Shown one piece after another: positions 1 to 8,895 of a stretch of 43,676 nucleotides of DNA. Within the stretch, counting starts at the first letter, position 1, and every line of letters begins with the position of its first letter. Under the pieces are notes generated by a model that saw only the letters and a program-made list of their open reading frames with translations, did no database searches and had not been told where the DNA came from. The stretch covers positions 1 to 43,676 of the forward strand of contig CAYUYQ010000002.1 of NCBI GenBank assembly GCA_964449335.1. Reading direction: 5' to 3'. Source of the stretch: an uncultured Bacteroides sp. (lineage in GTDB: Bacteria > Bacteroidota > Bacteroidia > Bacteroidales > Muribaculaceae). Both the position numbers and the translations under genes were made by a program.

Positions 1-469
1 AGCGGTAGAGGAAACCGACAGCGGTCATGTCTACGCAACTGTCAGATGCTTCCTTGATGTAGTCACCGGCAAGCACACCGAGACCACCTGAATATATTTT
101 AAGGCAATTGCATAGACCATATTCCATCGAGAAATACGATACGGAAGGGACATCCTTGCGCATCGGTTTCTTCATATAGGCCTTGAAATCTTCATAAACG
201 TTTTTGATGCGATCCATCATCGCACTGTCTTTCATTATCTCTTCGAGACGTTCACTCTTCATGCGCTGGAGCATCATAACAGGATTTTCGCCGGTTGAGC
301 GCCAGAGAGCGGGATCAATGTCATGGAAAAGGGTTTTAGCCTCACTGTTCCATACCCACCAGAGGTTCTTTGAGAGTACGTCGAGAGGTTTGAGCTTCGA
401 GGGAAGTTCCGCTACAACAGTTGTGTCGTGCCAGATAGGAGCATTTGCCTGGCTTACTTGGATTTTCAT
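1..469 (-). CDS. glgP: Alpha-glucan (glycogen) phosphorylase, N-terminal part; runs off the window edge
   Basis: Missing from the ORF track and translated by hand from ATG at 469: MKIQVSQANAPIWHDTTVVAELPSKLKPLDVLSKNLWWVWN...VSYFSMEYGL...IYSGGLGVLAGDYIKEASD. NLWW.W and YFSMEYG/YSGGLGVLAGD are GT35 phosphorylase motifs. Lies directly downstream of glycogen synthase. Confidence 0.93.
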   Translation of the reverse strand, partial: MKIQVSQANAPIWHDTTVVAELPSKLKPLDVLSKNLWWVWNSEAKTLFHDIDPALWRSTGENPVMMLQRMKSERLEEIMKDSAMMDRIKNVYEDFKAYMKKPMRKDVPSVSYFSMEYGLCNCLKIYSGGLGVLAGDYIKEASDSCVDMTAVGFLYR

Positions 470-497
470 ATTTATAATTACTGTTTTGGAATTGTTT

Positions 498-2162
498 TCA
501 ATTGTTTGTGGTCTCCATGCGGCGTTTTGCCGAAGCAAGAGCCGTCTGGAATGAGTCGATATAATATTTTATAAAGTAGGCCCACTCGGCTTTGGAGGCA
601 GTTGCCATGGCTGCTGAGTGAGTGCGTTTGGTCGTAGAAGAGTCAGCGCAGGTCAGGAATCTGAGTGCTTCGGCTGTTTGCTCGACAACGTCGAAATAAT
701 TGCTGTCATTCCGGTTGATTACAGTCACGCCACATTCTTCAAAATCGTTTGTGAAGCGACGGAGAACCCATTGACCGAAACCGCTGAGCGAAGTCGTGAC
801 GGTCGGGACACCGAATGCCACACTTTCGAGAGGCGTATAGCCCCAAGGCTCGTAATATGAGGGAAACACCGTTGCGTCAAAACCTATGAGGAGGTCATAA
901 TATGCCGTGTTGAAAACCCCGTCATTACCGTTGAGATAGCATGGAACGTCGATTACCGTGACACGTGCATCGGGTCCGTTGTGGAATCCAAGGCCCTGTA
1001 TGCGGTTTGACACTGCGTCATCCCACGGATTGTTGAGATTATGTGTGATTACGGGATTATTGAGACAGCTGACGGTCCCGTTTTTGATGTTTGACACCAA
1101 ATCATCGCGCACATCGGCGCACCAAGCCGGCACCATTACAAATGCCAACACTTTGCGGCATGGGTTGCACGATTCGAGGCGATGGAGCGAATCAAGGAAT
1201 ACGTCGATACCCTTGTTGCGATATTCGCAGCGGCCGGAGGTGCCAACGATAAATGTCTCATCGCTATAGTCATTGCCCGTAAGAGCCGAAGCTACTTCAA
1301 GCAGTTTCTTTCTCGCAGTCTGGCGTGCCTTATCGAACTTGGCCGGAGCGGGAACAAAGTTGCTTTCAAAGCCATTGGGCGTTACAACGTCGGGGCGGCG
1401 GTCGAGAAGCTGCTCGCACTCGATTGCCGTCACATCGCTTACTGTCGTGAAACAATCGGCATTGTGAGCAGCCGCCTTTTCGAGCGAGTGCTTCGACTGC
1501 ATGTTAAGCTCCTCGGCCATCTGATCACCGTTGTAGCCTTTCAGATAGTCGTAGAGCGGTTTATTGTTTCCGCAGATGCTGCGGCCAATACTTGTGGCGT
1601 GAGTGGTAAATATGGTAGCAATCGACGGCATTTTCAACTTCGTATAGAGAAGTCCCATACCGGTGGTCCACTCATCGAAATGAGCTATTATTTTCTTTGA
1701 TTCACCTCCTATATAATTATAGAGGCTTTCGATAACGATTCCGGCAGCATGTGAAAACGCGCAGGCTTCATCATAATCGCCGTAAGCGTGAAGCGAGTCC
1801 ACACCATAATGGCGCCACATTTCACCGTAGAAAGAATCTTTCACAGCATACATGCTGTCGAACTTAACAAGGATGGCTATAGGGCGTCCGGGCACTTTCC
1901 ATCGCCCTACCCTGACCGTCACCCCTTCGGGCAACGCTGCCTTTGCTTTCCACGCCTTCATCAATGAAGGAGTTTCCGTGAAAAAGGGTGATTCATTATA
2001 TGAAGTCCATACATCCGGACCAATGAAAATCACCTTATCTTTATACATCGACTGAAGCGTTTTCGCTTTAGTGGATAATACAGTGTAAATACCTCCTACT
2101 TTATTGCATACTTCCCAGGAAGTTTCAATAAGCAAGTCAAGCCCTACATGTGATATACTCAT
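498..2162 (-). CDS. Glycogen/starch synthase, GT3 family (eukaryote-like)
   Basis: ETSWEVCNKVGGIYTV, FTTHAT, GRCEYRNKG and FPSYYEPWGYTPLE are GT3 glycogen synthase motifs. Confidence 0.92.
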   Translation of the reverse strand: MSISHVGLDLLIETSWEVCNKVGGIYTVLSTKAKTLQSMYKDKVIFIGPDVWTSYNESPFFTETPSLMKAWKAKAALPEGVTVRVGRWKVPGRPIAILVKFDSMYAVKDSFYGEMWRHYGVDSLHAYGDYDEACAFSHAAGIVIESLYNYIGGESKKIIAHFDEWTTGMGLLYTKLKMPSIATIFTTHATSIGRSICGNNKPLYDYLKGYNGDQMAEELNMQSKHSLEKAAAHNADCFTTVSDVTAIECEQLLDRRPDVVTPNGFESNFVPAPAKFDKARQTARKKLLEVASALTGNDYSDETFIVGTSGRCEYRNKGIDVFLDSLHRLESCNPCRKVLAFVMVPAWCADVRDDLVSNIKNGTVSCLNNPVITHNLNNPWDDAVSNRIQGLGFHNGPDARVTVIDVPCYLNGNDGVFNTAYYDLLIGFDATVFPSYYEPWGYTPLESVAFGVPTVTTSLSGFGQWVLRRFTNDFEECGVTVINRNDSNYFDVVEQTAEALRFLTCADSSTTKRTHSAAMATASKAEWAYFIKYYIDSFQTALASAKRRMETTNN

Positions 2163-2191
2163 AATTCTGCAAGGTTTTGATTTTTCGAGCG

Positions 2192-2199
2192 CAAATTTA
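2192..2199 (-). promoter_or_regulatory. Bacteroidota primary-sigma -7 box (TAAATTTG) for the glycogen synthase-phosphorylase operon
   Basis: caaattta on + reads TAAATTTG on -, about 30 nt upstream of the ATG at 2162. Confidence 0.7.
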
Positions 2200-2490
2200 C
2201 GAAAAATATCATGTTCAACCTACATATCAAGTCTTATAAGTTGTCGTTTTTTCATAAAATGGGTTTATTCTAAGCCTCGTCACAAGAGATGTTTTACGCC
2301 GATATAACTTGCAATATATAACTTTTTCATTGGATAAACTTATCATTTTTCCACTCCCGTAGTTAAATCGGAAGCAAATTGTAATAATCGAAGCGAAAAT
2401 ATTGACAATTACAATAATGTTTCATTTTTTAAGGCTAAGCAAAAAAATGTAGAAATATCAGCCTTATTTTAAGGAAAATCCACATAATAT

Positions 2491-2521
2491 TTTGGAGAAA
2501 TATGGGAATTGAATAATTTTG
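2491..2521 (+). promoter_or_regulatory. Full Bacteroidota promoter TTTG-N19-TAATTTTG
   Basis: TTTG at 2491-2494 and TAATTTTG at 2514-2521; supports a start at ATG 2540. Confidence 0.7.
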
Positions 2522-2539
2522 CGACGTGTTGCTGTCATT

Positions 2540-2848
2540 ATGCTTCTACGGATTCTAACCATATTAACGCTTATTCTTGCCGCGCCAATGGCGGCCGGTA
2601 ACGATTGTACCCTAATCGACTCTCGGGCGCAATCGGACGTTTCTGTGCCCCGGCTGAAGGTGTCGCCCAATGGTGTGGAGCTAATAGTGGATGCTGACAG
2701 CGGAGAGTTTAATTTCCGTATATATTCAATTACGGGTCAGGTCATAAAGACCTTGAAACTGTCAGAAGGCTCGGAGATGATCGAACTACCCCAAGGCTGT
2801 TACATTGTCAAATGTGAAGTCTGGTCAAAAAAAATCATCATTCGGTGA
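2540..2848 (+). CDS. Small exported protein: signal peptide plus a T9SS type A C-terminal-domain-like region only
   Basis: Hydrophobic N-terminus MLLRILTILTLILAAPMAAG. The C-terminus IYSITGQVIK...IELPQGCYIVK...KKIIIR fits the CTD pattern (YxxxG, LxxGxYiv, KxxIx). Start moved from TTG 2519 to ATG 2540 because of the promoter position. Confidence 0.7.
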   Translation: MLLRILTILTLILAAPMAAGNDCTLIDSRAQSDVSVPRLKVSPNGVELIVDADSGEFNFRIYSITGQVIKTLKLSEGSEMIELPQGCYIVKCEVWSKKIIIR

Positions 2849-2883
2849 GTCGGGTTCTTTGATGCTCATTGACGGCCGGGCCG

Positions 2884-2925
2884 TGTTACAAATTAATCCT
2901 CGTTATTTGTAACAGTTATAAATAA
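2884..2925. promoter_or_regulatory. Palindromic operator upstream of feoAB (candidate iron/metal repressor site)
   Basis: TTATTTGTAAC-A-GTTATAAATAA (2903-2925; 11-1-11, one mismatch) overlaps a perfect 10-bp inverted repeat TGTTACAAAT...ATTTGTAACA (2884-2914). Confidence 0.55.
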
Positions 2926-2984
2926 TTTGAATTTTTCATTGTCGTGTCGGGCATTTTTGGCAATTTTGTCAAAAATTTCCGACA

Positions 2985-5396
2985 ATGCGACTGGACGAAC
3001 TCAAGACCGGCGAAAAAGCCGTGATTCTGAAGATTCTTGGCCACGGGGCGTTTAGAAAGCGACTCGTGGAGATGGGATTCGTCAAAGGGCGTGAAATTGA
3101 AGTAATACTCCACGCCCCGCTTCTCGACCCCATAAAATACCGTCTTATGGGCTACGATATATCTCTGCGTGCATCCGAAGCGAGATTGATTGAAGTTGTG
3201 CCGATTGAGACTTATGACGATCAAAACGATAAATCGACTGAACAGTCTCACTCGGGTTGCAGCTCGGAAATCATTGAGTCTAACGAATATCGCGAAAAAA
3301 GTCGCACTATCAATATTGCCCTAATCGGAAATCCCAATTGTGGAAAAACCTCGCTGTTCAACGTCGCTTCGGGCGCTCACGAGCATGTCGGTAACTACAG
3401 TGGCGTGACTGTTGATGCCAAAAAAGGAACATTCCGGTTTCGAGACTATACTTTCAATATAGTAGACCTTCCCGGTACATACTCTCTCGATGCCTACTCA
3501 CCCGAGGAGCTTTACGTGCGCCGCTATCTTAAGGAAGAGACGCCTGATGTGATGGTAAATGTGGTTGTCGCTTCTAATCTGGAGCGCAATCTCTATCTTA
3601 CATCCGAGCTTATCGATATGGACCGCAAGATGGTAATTGCGCTCAACATGTATGATGAGCTGGAGGCTTCGGGCGATAAACTCGATTACAAACTGCTTGG
3701 CGAAATGATTGGCGTTCCGGTTGTCCCTACCGTGTCGCGCGACGGTCGCGGACTCGATAAGCTCTTCCAGACGATTATTGATGTCTACGAAGATAAGGAT
3801 ACGGCAGTCCGTCATATCCATGTGAATCTTGGAGCGGATATAGAGCGTGGGGTGACGGTCTTGAAAGATATGCTGAAAACCGACAGCGGTGTCGGACGGC
3901 ATTTCTCTCCACGCTATCTTGCTATCAAGTTACTCCAAGGCGATTCCGAGGCCGAACGGATTGTGCGCGAAAGTCCCGGTTATCAGTCCATTCTTGATGC
4001 GCGCGATGCGGAGGTGAAGAATATCGAGTCGCTTCATGGCGAAGATCTTTCGTCGGCTATAGCTGCTGAAAAATACGGATTCATAGCCGGAGCGCTCGCC
4101 GAGACATATACTAAAAGTGCGCGGATCACTGAGAGTCATACTCAGATTATCGACGCTCTTGTCACGAACCGGCTATTCGGTTTTCCTATTTTCCTATTGG
4201 TTCTATTCGTTACTTTCTGGGCCACCTTCGAGCTCGGCGCTTACCCCATGGCGTGGATTGAAAGTCTTGTTGACATGATAGCAGGACTGGTCGGACGCTA
4301 CATGCCAGCAGGGATGCTCAAAGACCTGATTGCCGACGGAATCATCGGCGGTGTAGGCGGTGTGATTGTCTTTCTGCCCAATATTCTGATACTCTACTTC
4401 TGTATATCGTTTATGGAAGATTCAGGCTATATGGCACGCGCAGCCTTTATAATGGACAAACTGATGCACCGCATCGGCCTTCACGGCAAATCGTTCATAC
4501 CGCTTGTTATGGGATTCGGGTGCAACGTTCCGGCAATTATGGCCAGCCGGAGCATCGAAAGCCGGAGCAGCCGAATCATTACGATTCTTATTAATCCGTT
4601 CATGTCATGTTCGGCACGACTGCCAATCTACGTGCTCCTCGTCGGGACGTTTTTCGCCCGACATGCGGCTTTGGTATTTCTCTGTCTCTATCTTGCAGGT
4701 ATTTTGGTTGCAATGGCTACCGCCAAATTGCTGCGTAAGTTCTACTTCAAGGCCGATGAAACACCTTTTGTCATGGAGTTGCCCCCTTACCGTATCCCGA
4801 CAATGAAAGCATCTCTGCGCCACATGTGGGCTAAAGGTGCACAATATCTGAAAAAGATGGGTGGAGTGATTCTGGTGGCAAGCATAATTGTGTGGGCACT
4901 TAATTATTTTCCTCGACAGAATGAATCCTCCACGGCTGTCACTTCCACCGGACAGCCAATGGCGACAATAGCGACCGAGGTGAGGCCAACCGAATCCTAT
5001 CTCCAGATGATGGGTAAGGCCGTCAATCCCCTGATGGAGCCTATCGGATTTCACTGGCGCGCTACCGTAGCAGCAATAGCCGGTGTGCCGGCAAAAGAAA
5101 TCGTCGTATCGACACTGGGCGTTTTGTATACCGGTGAGGAAGAAATCGACGACGCTTCACTCGCAGCCCGCATAACGGCTCCGAATCCTCAAACGGGCGA
5201 GCCCGATTTCACCATGGCAGGAGCCCTCAGTTTCATGGTGTTTATTTTGCTTTACTGCCCATGCATTGCCACCATTACTGCCATAGTCAAGGAAACAGGC
5301 TCCTGGAAATATGGAGCATTTTCAATCATATACAACACTTTGGTTGCATGGCTTGTAGGCTTCGTCGTCTACCGGGCCGCGCTTCTGTTCGTCTGA
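2985..5396 (+). CDS. feoB: Ferrous iron transporter FeoB with N-terminal FeoA domain
   Basis: FeoA-like start (RKRLVEMGFVKG...APLLDPI), GTPase motifs GNPNCGKT / DLPGTYS / NMYD, and membrane-domain motifs GFGCNVPA, PFMSCSARLP and ELPPY. Confidence 0.96.
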   Translation: MRLDELKTGEKAVILKILGHGAFRKRLVEMGFVKGREIEVILHAPLLDPIKYRLMGYDISLRASEARLIEVVPIETYDDQNDKSTEQSHSGCSSEIIESNEYREKSRTINIALIGNPNCGKTSLFNVASGAHEHVGNYSGVTVDAKKGTFRFRDYTFNIVDLPGTYSLDAYSPEELYVRRYLKEETPDVMVNVVVASNLERNLYLTSELIDMDRKMVIALNMYDELEASGDKLDYKLLGEMIGVPVVPTVSRDGRGLDKLFQTIIDVYEDKDTAVRHIHVNLGADIERGVTVLKDMLKTDSGVGRHFSPRYLAIKLLQGDSEAERIVRESPGYQSILDARDAEVKNIESLHGEDLSSAIAAEKYGFIAGALAETYTKSARITESHTQIIDALVTNRLFGFPIFLLVLFVTFWATFELGAYPMAWIESLVDMIAGLVGRYMPAGMLKDLIADGIIGGVGGVIVFLPNILILYFCISFMEDSGYMARAAFIMDKLMHRIGLHGKSFIPLVMGFGCNVPAIMASRSIESRSSRIITILINPFMSCSARLPIYVLLVGTFFARHAALVFLCLYLAGILVAMATAKLLRKFYFKADETPFVMELPPYRIPTMKASLRHMWAKGAQYLKKMGGVILVASIIVWALNYFPRQNESSTAVTSTGQPMATIATEVRPTESYLQMMGKAVNPLMEPIGFHWRATVAAIAGVPAKEIVVSTLGVLYTGEEEIDDASLAARITAPNPQTGEPDFTMAGALSFMVFILLYCPCIATITAIVKETGSWKYGAFSIIYNTLVAWLVGFVVYRAALLFV

Positions 5397-5415
5397 TTCA
5401 CCCAGCTTATGCAAA

Positions 5416-5898
5416 ATGAAGGAAGATAGATATAATTTAGACCGTTTTTTAACGGCTCAGGAGCATACGTATGATGTTGCTCTTAAAGAGCTCAAAGACG
5501 GGTATAAACAATCTCACTGGATGTGGTTTATTTTCCCGCAACTGAAACATCTCGGCCGTTCGAGCTTCTCTACATTCTATGGCATATCCGGACGCGACGA
5601 AGCGTTGGCGTTCCTTCTGCATCCGATTCTAAGTCATCGTCTGAGAGAAGTGTCTGAAACAATACTTCAATTGCCCGTGAGCGATGCTACGATGATCTTC
5701 GGGGGAATTGACAGCCGCAAACTACTTTCGTCGATGACACTCTTTGATATCGTGTCGCCCGGCGATGTCTTCACGCGTGTCATCGACAAATTCTTTCAAG
5801 GCAAAAGAGACCGGCGAACAATTAAATTAGTCGAGAAGAAGATATTTCGGAGCAATGATTACGCTCTGCTACACCACAATATCAGAACTTATAATTGA
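5416..5898 (+). CDS. DUF1810 family protein
   Basis: LDRFLTAQ...ELKDGYKQSHWMWFIFPQLKHLGRS...YGI...HPILSHRL...KLLSSMTLF is the characteristic DUF1810 pattern. Confidence 0.85.
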   Translation: MKEDRYNLDRFLTAQEHTYDVALKELKDGYKQSHWMWFIFPQLKHLGRSSFSTFYGISGRDEALAFLLHPILSHRLREVSETILQLPVSDATMIFGGIDSRKLLSSMTLFDIVSPGDVFTRVIDKFFQGKRDRRTIKLVEKKIFRSNDYALLHHNIRTYN

Positions 5899-6859
5899 AA
5901 TCTTTGATATAGGGAACAAGCGGAAAAGGATATAAATCTGCCGGAATATTAAGTTCGAGAGGTGTAGGAGGAACAAAGCGACTCTCTTTTCCCTTTAGCT
6001 CGAACCCTGACTTGTCGAGAGAGACTATACCATAAAGGCTATCTTCCCAGGGCACAACCATCTTTAACGACGGACGGCGCTCATAAACATCTTTCGGATA
6101 ACGTGTATCGCACTTATAGTCGTCACCTACCCACTGATTTGATGCACTATTAATCTGCACATAGACAATCCCGTTGATCACCTTCTCGTAATTCGTATGG
6201 TCATGGCCGGAAAAGGCGGCCACTACTTTATTAAATCCGGCTTTCTGGTTTTCGTCTTCAAGTATCCGACGAATATCTTCACGATTTCCCACAGTGTTTT
6301 CCAGACACTGATGTGAGAAAATAATACATATTTTATCTGTAGACTGCAGGTCTTTCTTCAACCAGTCAATCTGCTCGTCATCAATAAATTCTCGTTTCGA
6401 CATATCTACGTAAAAATTACCGTAAGAATATGGTGTAAAGACATTATCGGCATAAAGATTGTTGGCGTCAAGAACAATAAAGTGAAAATCGTCTTTATCA
6501 AACGAGTAATATCGTTTCTCTATTCCCATGAAGTTCATATACTCCTCTTTGGTGCAATTATCCATATCATGATTTCCGAGCACATGATACTTCTCCCCGG
6601 GAAAACTGTTCCACAATTCAACCATATTTCTGTTTTCATCCTTGACAAAACAGAAATCACCTAAATCTATGATGAAATCAACATTATTTTTCTTAGCATC
6701 CTCCAGAAAATCATTTAAACGTTTCGGTCCATCATGCATAATATCGTGATGAATATCAGATATTATTCCGAATTTTAGCTTCGCGTCAGTGGCTGATTGC
6801 GCAGCAAGCGACAAAAGACATAATGAGCCGGATAAAACTAAGCGATAAAAGTTGGTCAT
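5882..6859 (-). CDS. Secreted calcineurin-like metallophosphoesterase
   Basis: Motifs SDIH, LGDF, GNHD, FSHQ and GHDH. Signal peptide MTNFYRLVLSGSLCLLSLAAQSA from ATG 6859; the -7 box at 6893-6900 argues against the longer ORF start. Confidence 0.88.
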   Translation of the reverse strand: MTNFYRLVLSGSLCLLSLAAQSATDAKLKFGIISDIHHDIMHDGPKRLNDFLEDAKKNNVDFIIDLGDFCFVKDENRNMVELWNSFPGEKYHVLGNHDMDNCTKEEYMNFMGIEKRYYSFDKDDFHFIVLDANNLYADNVFTPYSYGNFYVDMSKREFIDDEQIDWLKKDLQSTDKICIIFSHQCLENTVGNREDIRRILEDENQKAGFNKVVAAFSGHDHTNYEKVINGIVYVQINSASNQWVGDDYKCDTRYPKDVYERRPSLKMVVPWEDSLYGIVSLDKSGFELKGKESRFVPPTPLELNIPADLYPFPLVPYIKDFNYKF

Positions 6860-6892
6860 ACGGTTTGGTTTTAGACAAATTTGAATACAACA

Positions 6893-6900
6893 CAAAGTTA
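6893..6900 (-). promoter_or_regulatory. -7 box TAACTTTG for the metallophosphoesterase
   Basis: caaagtta on the + strand, about 34 nt upstream of ATG 6859. Confidence 0.6.
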
Positions 6901-6942
6901 TAACCGATTCATTTTTTTACAAAAATTCATGACTGTTAGTAG

Positions 6943-6991
6943 AGACAAAGGCTCCGGAAAGTCTTGTGGAAACATTCCGGAGTCTTTGTCT
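6943..6991 (-). terminator. Stem-loop downstream of rhaD (likely terminator)
   Basis: agacaaaggctccggaa ... ttccggagtctttgtct, 17-bp arms with one mismatch, 30 nt after the rhaD stop. Confidence 0.65.
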
Positions 6992-7021
6992 AAATAAATT
7001 TAATCAGTTCGGCTTTAGGCG

Positions 7022-7834
7022 CTATTTCGGGAGATGGAATACATCGGATATTTCCTGCATCTGATCTGCACTCATCCCTTCGGGAATGAAGCCCATCGCT
7101 TTGGCATCGCGATAAATGATGGCACTTTTTGTAAGAGTATCTACCATATCGAAGGCTTCAATGATATTGTCACCGACAGCGAAAACGCCGTGCTTCTCCC
7201 ACATTACCACATCGTAGTCATCGTCTATGACCCGTATGGTTGCTTCGGCGAGCTCCGTCGACGACGGAAGCATATAAGGCACGATACCGAGTCCACGAGG
7301 ACAGAAGGCCTTCGTCTCGGGAATCATGCTCCACAGAAGTCGTGTCAATACATCTTTCTTCAGAAACTCCGGATTGTGACTCATTGCCACGAGTTCTATC
7401 GGATGAGTGTGAAGCGACGCCTTATATGGCGACCCTTTACCGATTAGATAGTTATGTACGCTCAGGTGCGACGGCAACTCAGAGGTAGGCTTTATTGGAT
7501 AATCAGCTATTATTTCATAGTGAGCGCCATCATCAAGTATACGGATTATCGAGCCATTCTCCATCGGATAGCGCGCCAGATCTCGCATGCGTCGGTTATT
7601 GCCTTTGCAGAAGAAATACTTTTCGCGGATATTAGGAAGTGTCATTCCGATTGCAACCGGTTCTGAGATAGCCGGCATATTTCGGATTTCATCGTCGATT
7701 ACATCTGAGATGTTTATAGTGATGTTTCCGCCATTGCGTTCTGCCCATCCTTTCTGCCATAGATAGCCGGCAACTTCAGCAACTTCGTTTATCTGTCGCT
7801 GTAGTGCAGGTCTGTTATTAAGTATTGATGCCAT
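7022..7834 (-). CDS. rhaD: Rhamnulose-1-phosphate aldolase
   Basis: GWAERNGGNI, PTSELPSH, HTHP and WEKHGV are class II aldolase motifs; sits in the rha cluster. Confidence 0.95.
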   Translation of the reverse strand: MASILNNRPALQRQINEVAEVAGYLWQKGWAERNGGNITINISDVIDDEIRNMPAISEPVAIGMTLPNIREKYFFCKGNNRRMRDLARYPMENGSIIRILDDGAHYEIIADYPIKPTSELPSHLSVHNYLIGKGSPYKASLHTHPIELVAMSHNPEFLKKDVLTRLLWSMIPETKAFCPRGLGIVPYMLPSSTELAEATIRVIDDDYDVVMWEKHGVFAVGDNIIEAFDMVDTLTKSAIIYRDAKAMGFIPEGMSADQMQEISDVFHLPK

Positions 7835-7850
7835 GATTTTTAAGATTTTG

Positions 7851-8882
7851 TTAGATTATTTGAGGAAGGAATGTTGACACGATTAAAACAAACAATCCCA
7901 CGACAAGGATTGAGCGCGTTGCTTTTGTTGTGCCCGTCCATTCTTTTAGAGCGATACCCCACAGATTGGAGAATGTCACATTGAGCGCCATAAGTATGCA
8001 CCATGAGAATGTGAGCAGCACAGGTGAATCGGCAAAGAATCCTTTCCCGAGACTCAAGCCGAAGAACTGACTGTACCACAACAGTCCGGCCAACGCGCAA
8101 AAAGATAGATTGTTGACGTATAGTCCCATCTGTCCGTAATCACCAAACGTATGGTTCTTTCGGTTCTGCCAAAGGCAGTATGCTGCATTGGACGCGAATC
8201 CACCGAGCGTCACAAGGAGCGTAGCAGGAAGGGTTGCATAGATTGGCTCTGAATCGGCAAAGCATATTGTTGAACCGAACTCGAGACCGACTGCAAAGCA
8301 TCCGCTCATCACACCGGCAAGAATCGCGATAGCAAATCCTTTTGTGAAATTGAATTCGATTTTAGTCTCGTCGTTGCCGGTGCTTTTAAGTGTTTCAGCC
8401 TTTTTTGCTCCGGCGTAGCCAATTATAGCTATCCCGGCGAGCGTAACCGCTACTCCGATCAACACCGAGCCGGTTAGTTGACTCAGATAGCTTCCCCCGG
8501 GGAAGAACCAGTTTAGGAATACCGGTCCCAAGATGGTTCCGAACGCTGCGCATGTGCCTAACGAAATGCTCTGTCCTAAAGCGACACCGAGGTAGCGCAT
8601 GGATAAGCCGAATGTTAGGCCACCTATTCCCCATAGTATTCCGAAAAAGACGGTCATACCGATTCGGTAGTAATTATCGGGATTTATAAGCTCCCACAGC
8701 GAGTGCCCGGCTGGCACAGCGAGCAACGCTCCGCAGAACGGAAACAAGAGCCACGCAAAAATGCCCTGCACAAGCCAAAAGCTTTCCCAGCTCCAGTCGC
8801 GAATCTTCCGAATCGGGACATAAGAACTCGACTGGCAGAACGCCCCGACAGCAATAATGAGCAATCCTATTATTGTTTCCAT
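7851..8882 (-). CDS. rhaT: L-rhamnose/proton symporter
   Basis: YVPIRKIRDWSWESFWL, WGIGGLTFGLSMRYLG and WGIALKEW; about 10 hydrophobic segments. Confidence 0.93.
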   Translation of the reverse strand: METIIGLLIIAVGAFCQSSSYVPIRKIRDWSWESFWLVQGIFAWLLFPFCGALLAVPAGHSLWELINPDNYYRIGMTVFFGILWGIGGLTFGLSMRYLGVALGQSISLGTCAAFGTILGPVFLNWFFPGGSYLSQLTGSVLIGVAVTLAGIAIIGYAGAKKAETLKSTGNDETKIEFNFTKGFAIAILAGVMSGCFAVGLEFGSTICFADSEPIYATLPATLLVTLGGFASNAAYCLWQNRKNHTFGDYGQMGLYVNNLSFCALAGLLWYSQFFGLSLGKGFFADSPVLLTFSWCILMALNVTFSNLWGIALKEWTGTTKATRSILVVGLFVLIVSTFLPQII

Positions 8883-8895
8883 TATAGGTCAGGAT

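Noticed and set aside
204-554. 116-aa + strand ORF
   Set aside because: Antisense shadow of the glycogen phosphorylase N-terminus, which the ORF track omitted because it runs off the edge.
2365-2420. Imperfect tandem (aatcg(g)aagc) and 8-bp inverted repeat attgtaat/attacaat in the glycogen/CTD intergenic region
   Set aside because: Short matches in very AT-rich DNA, not distinguishable from chance without comparative data.
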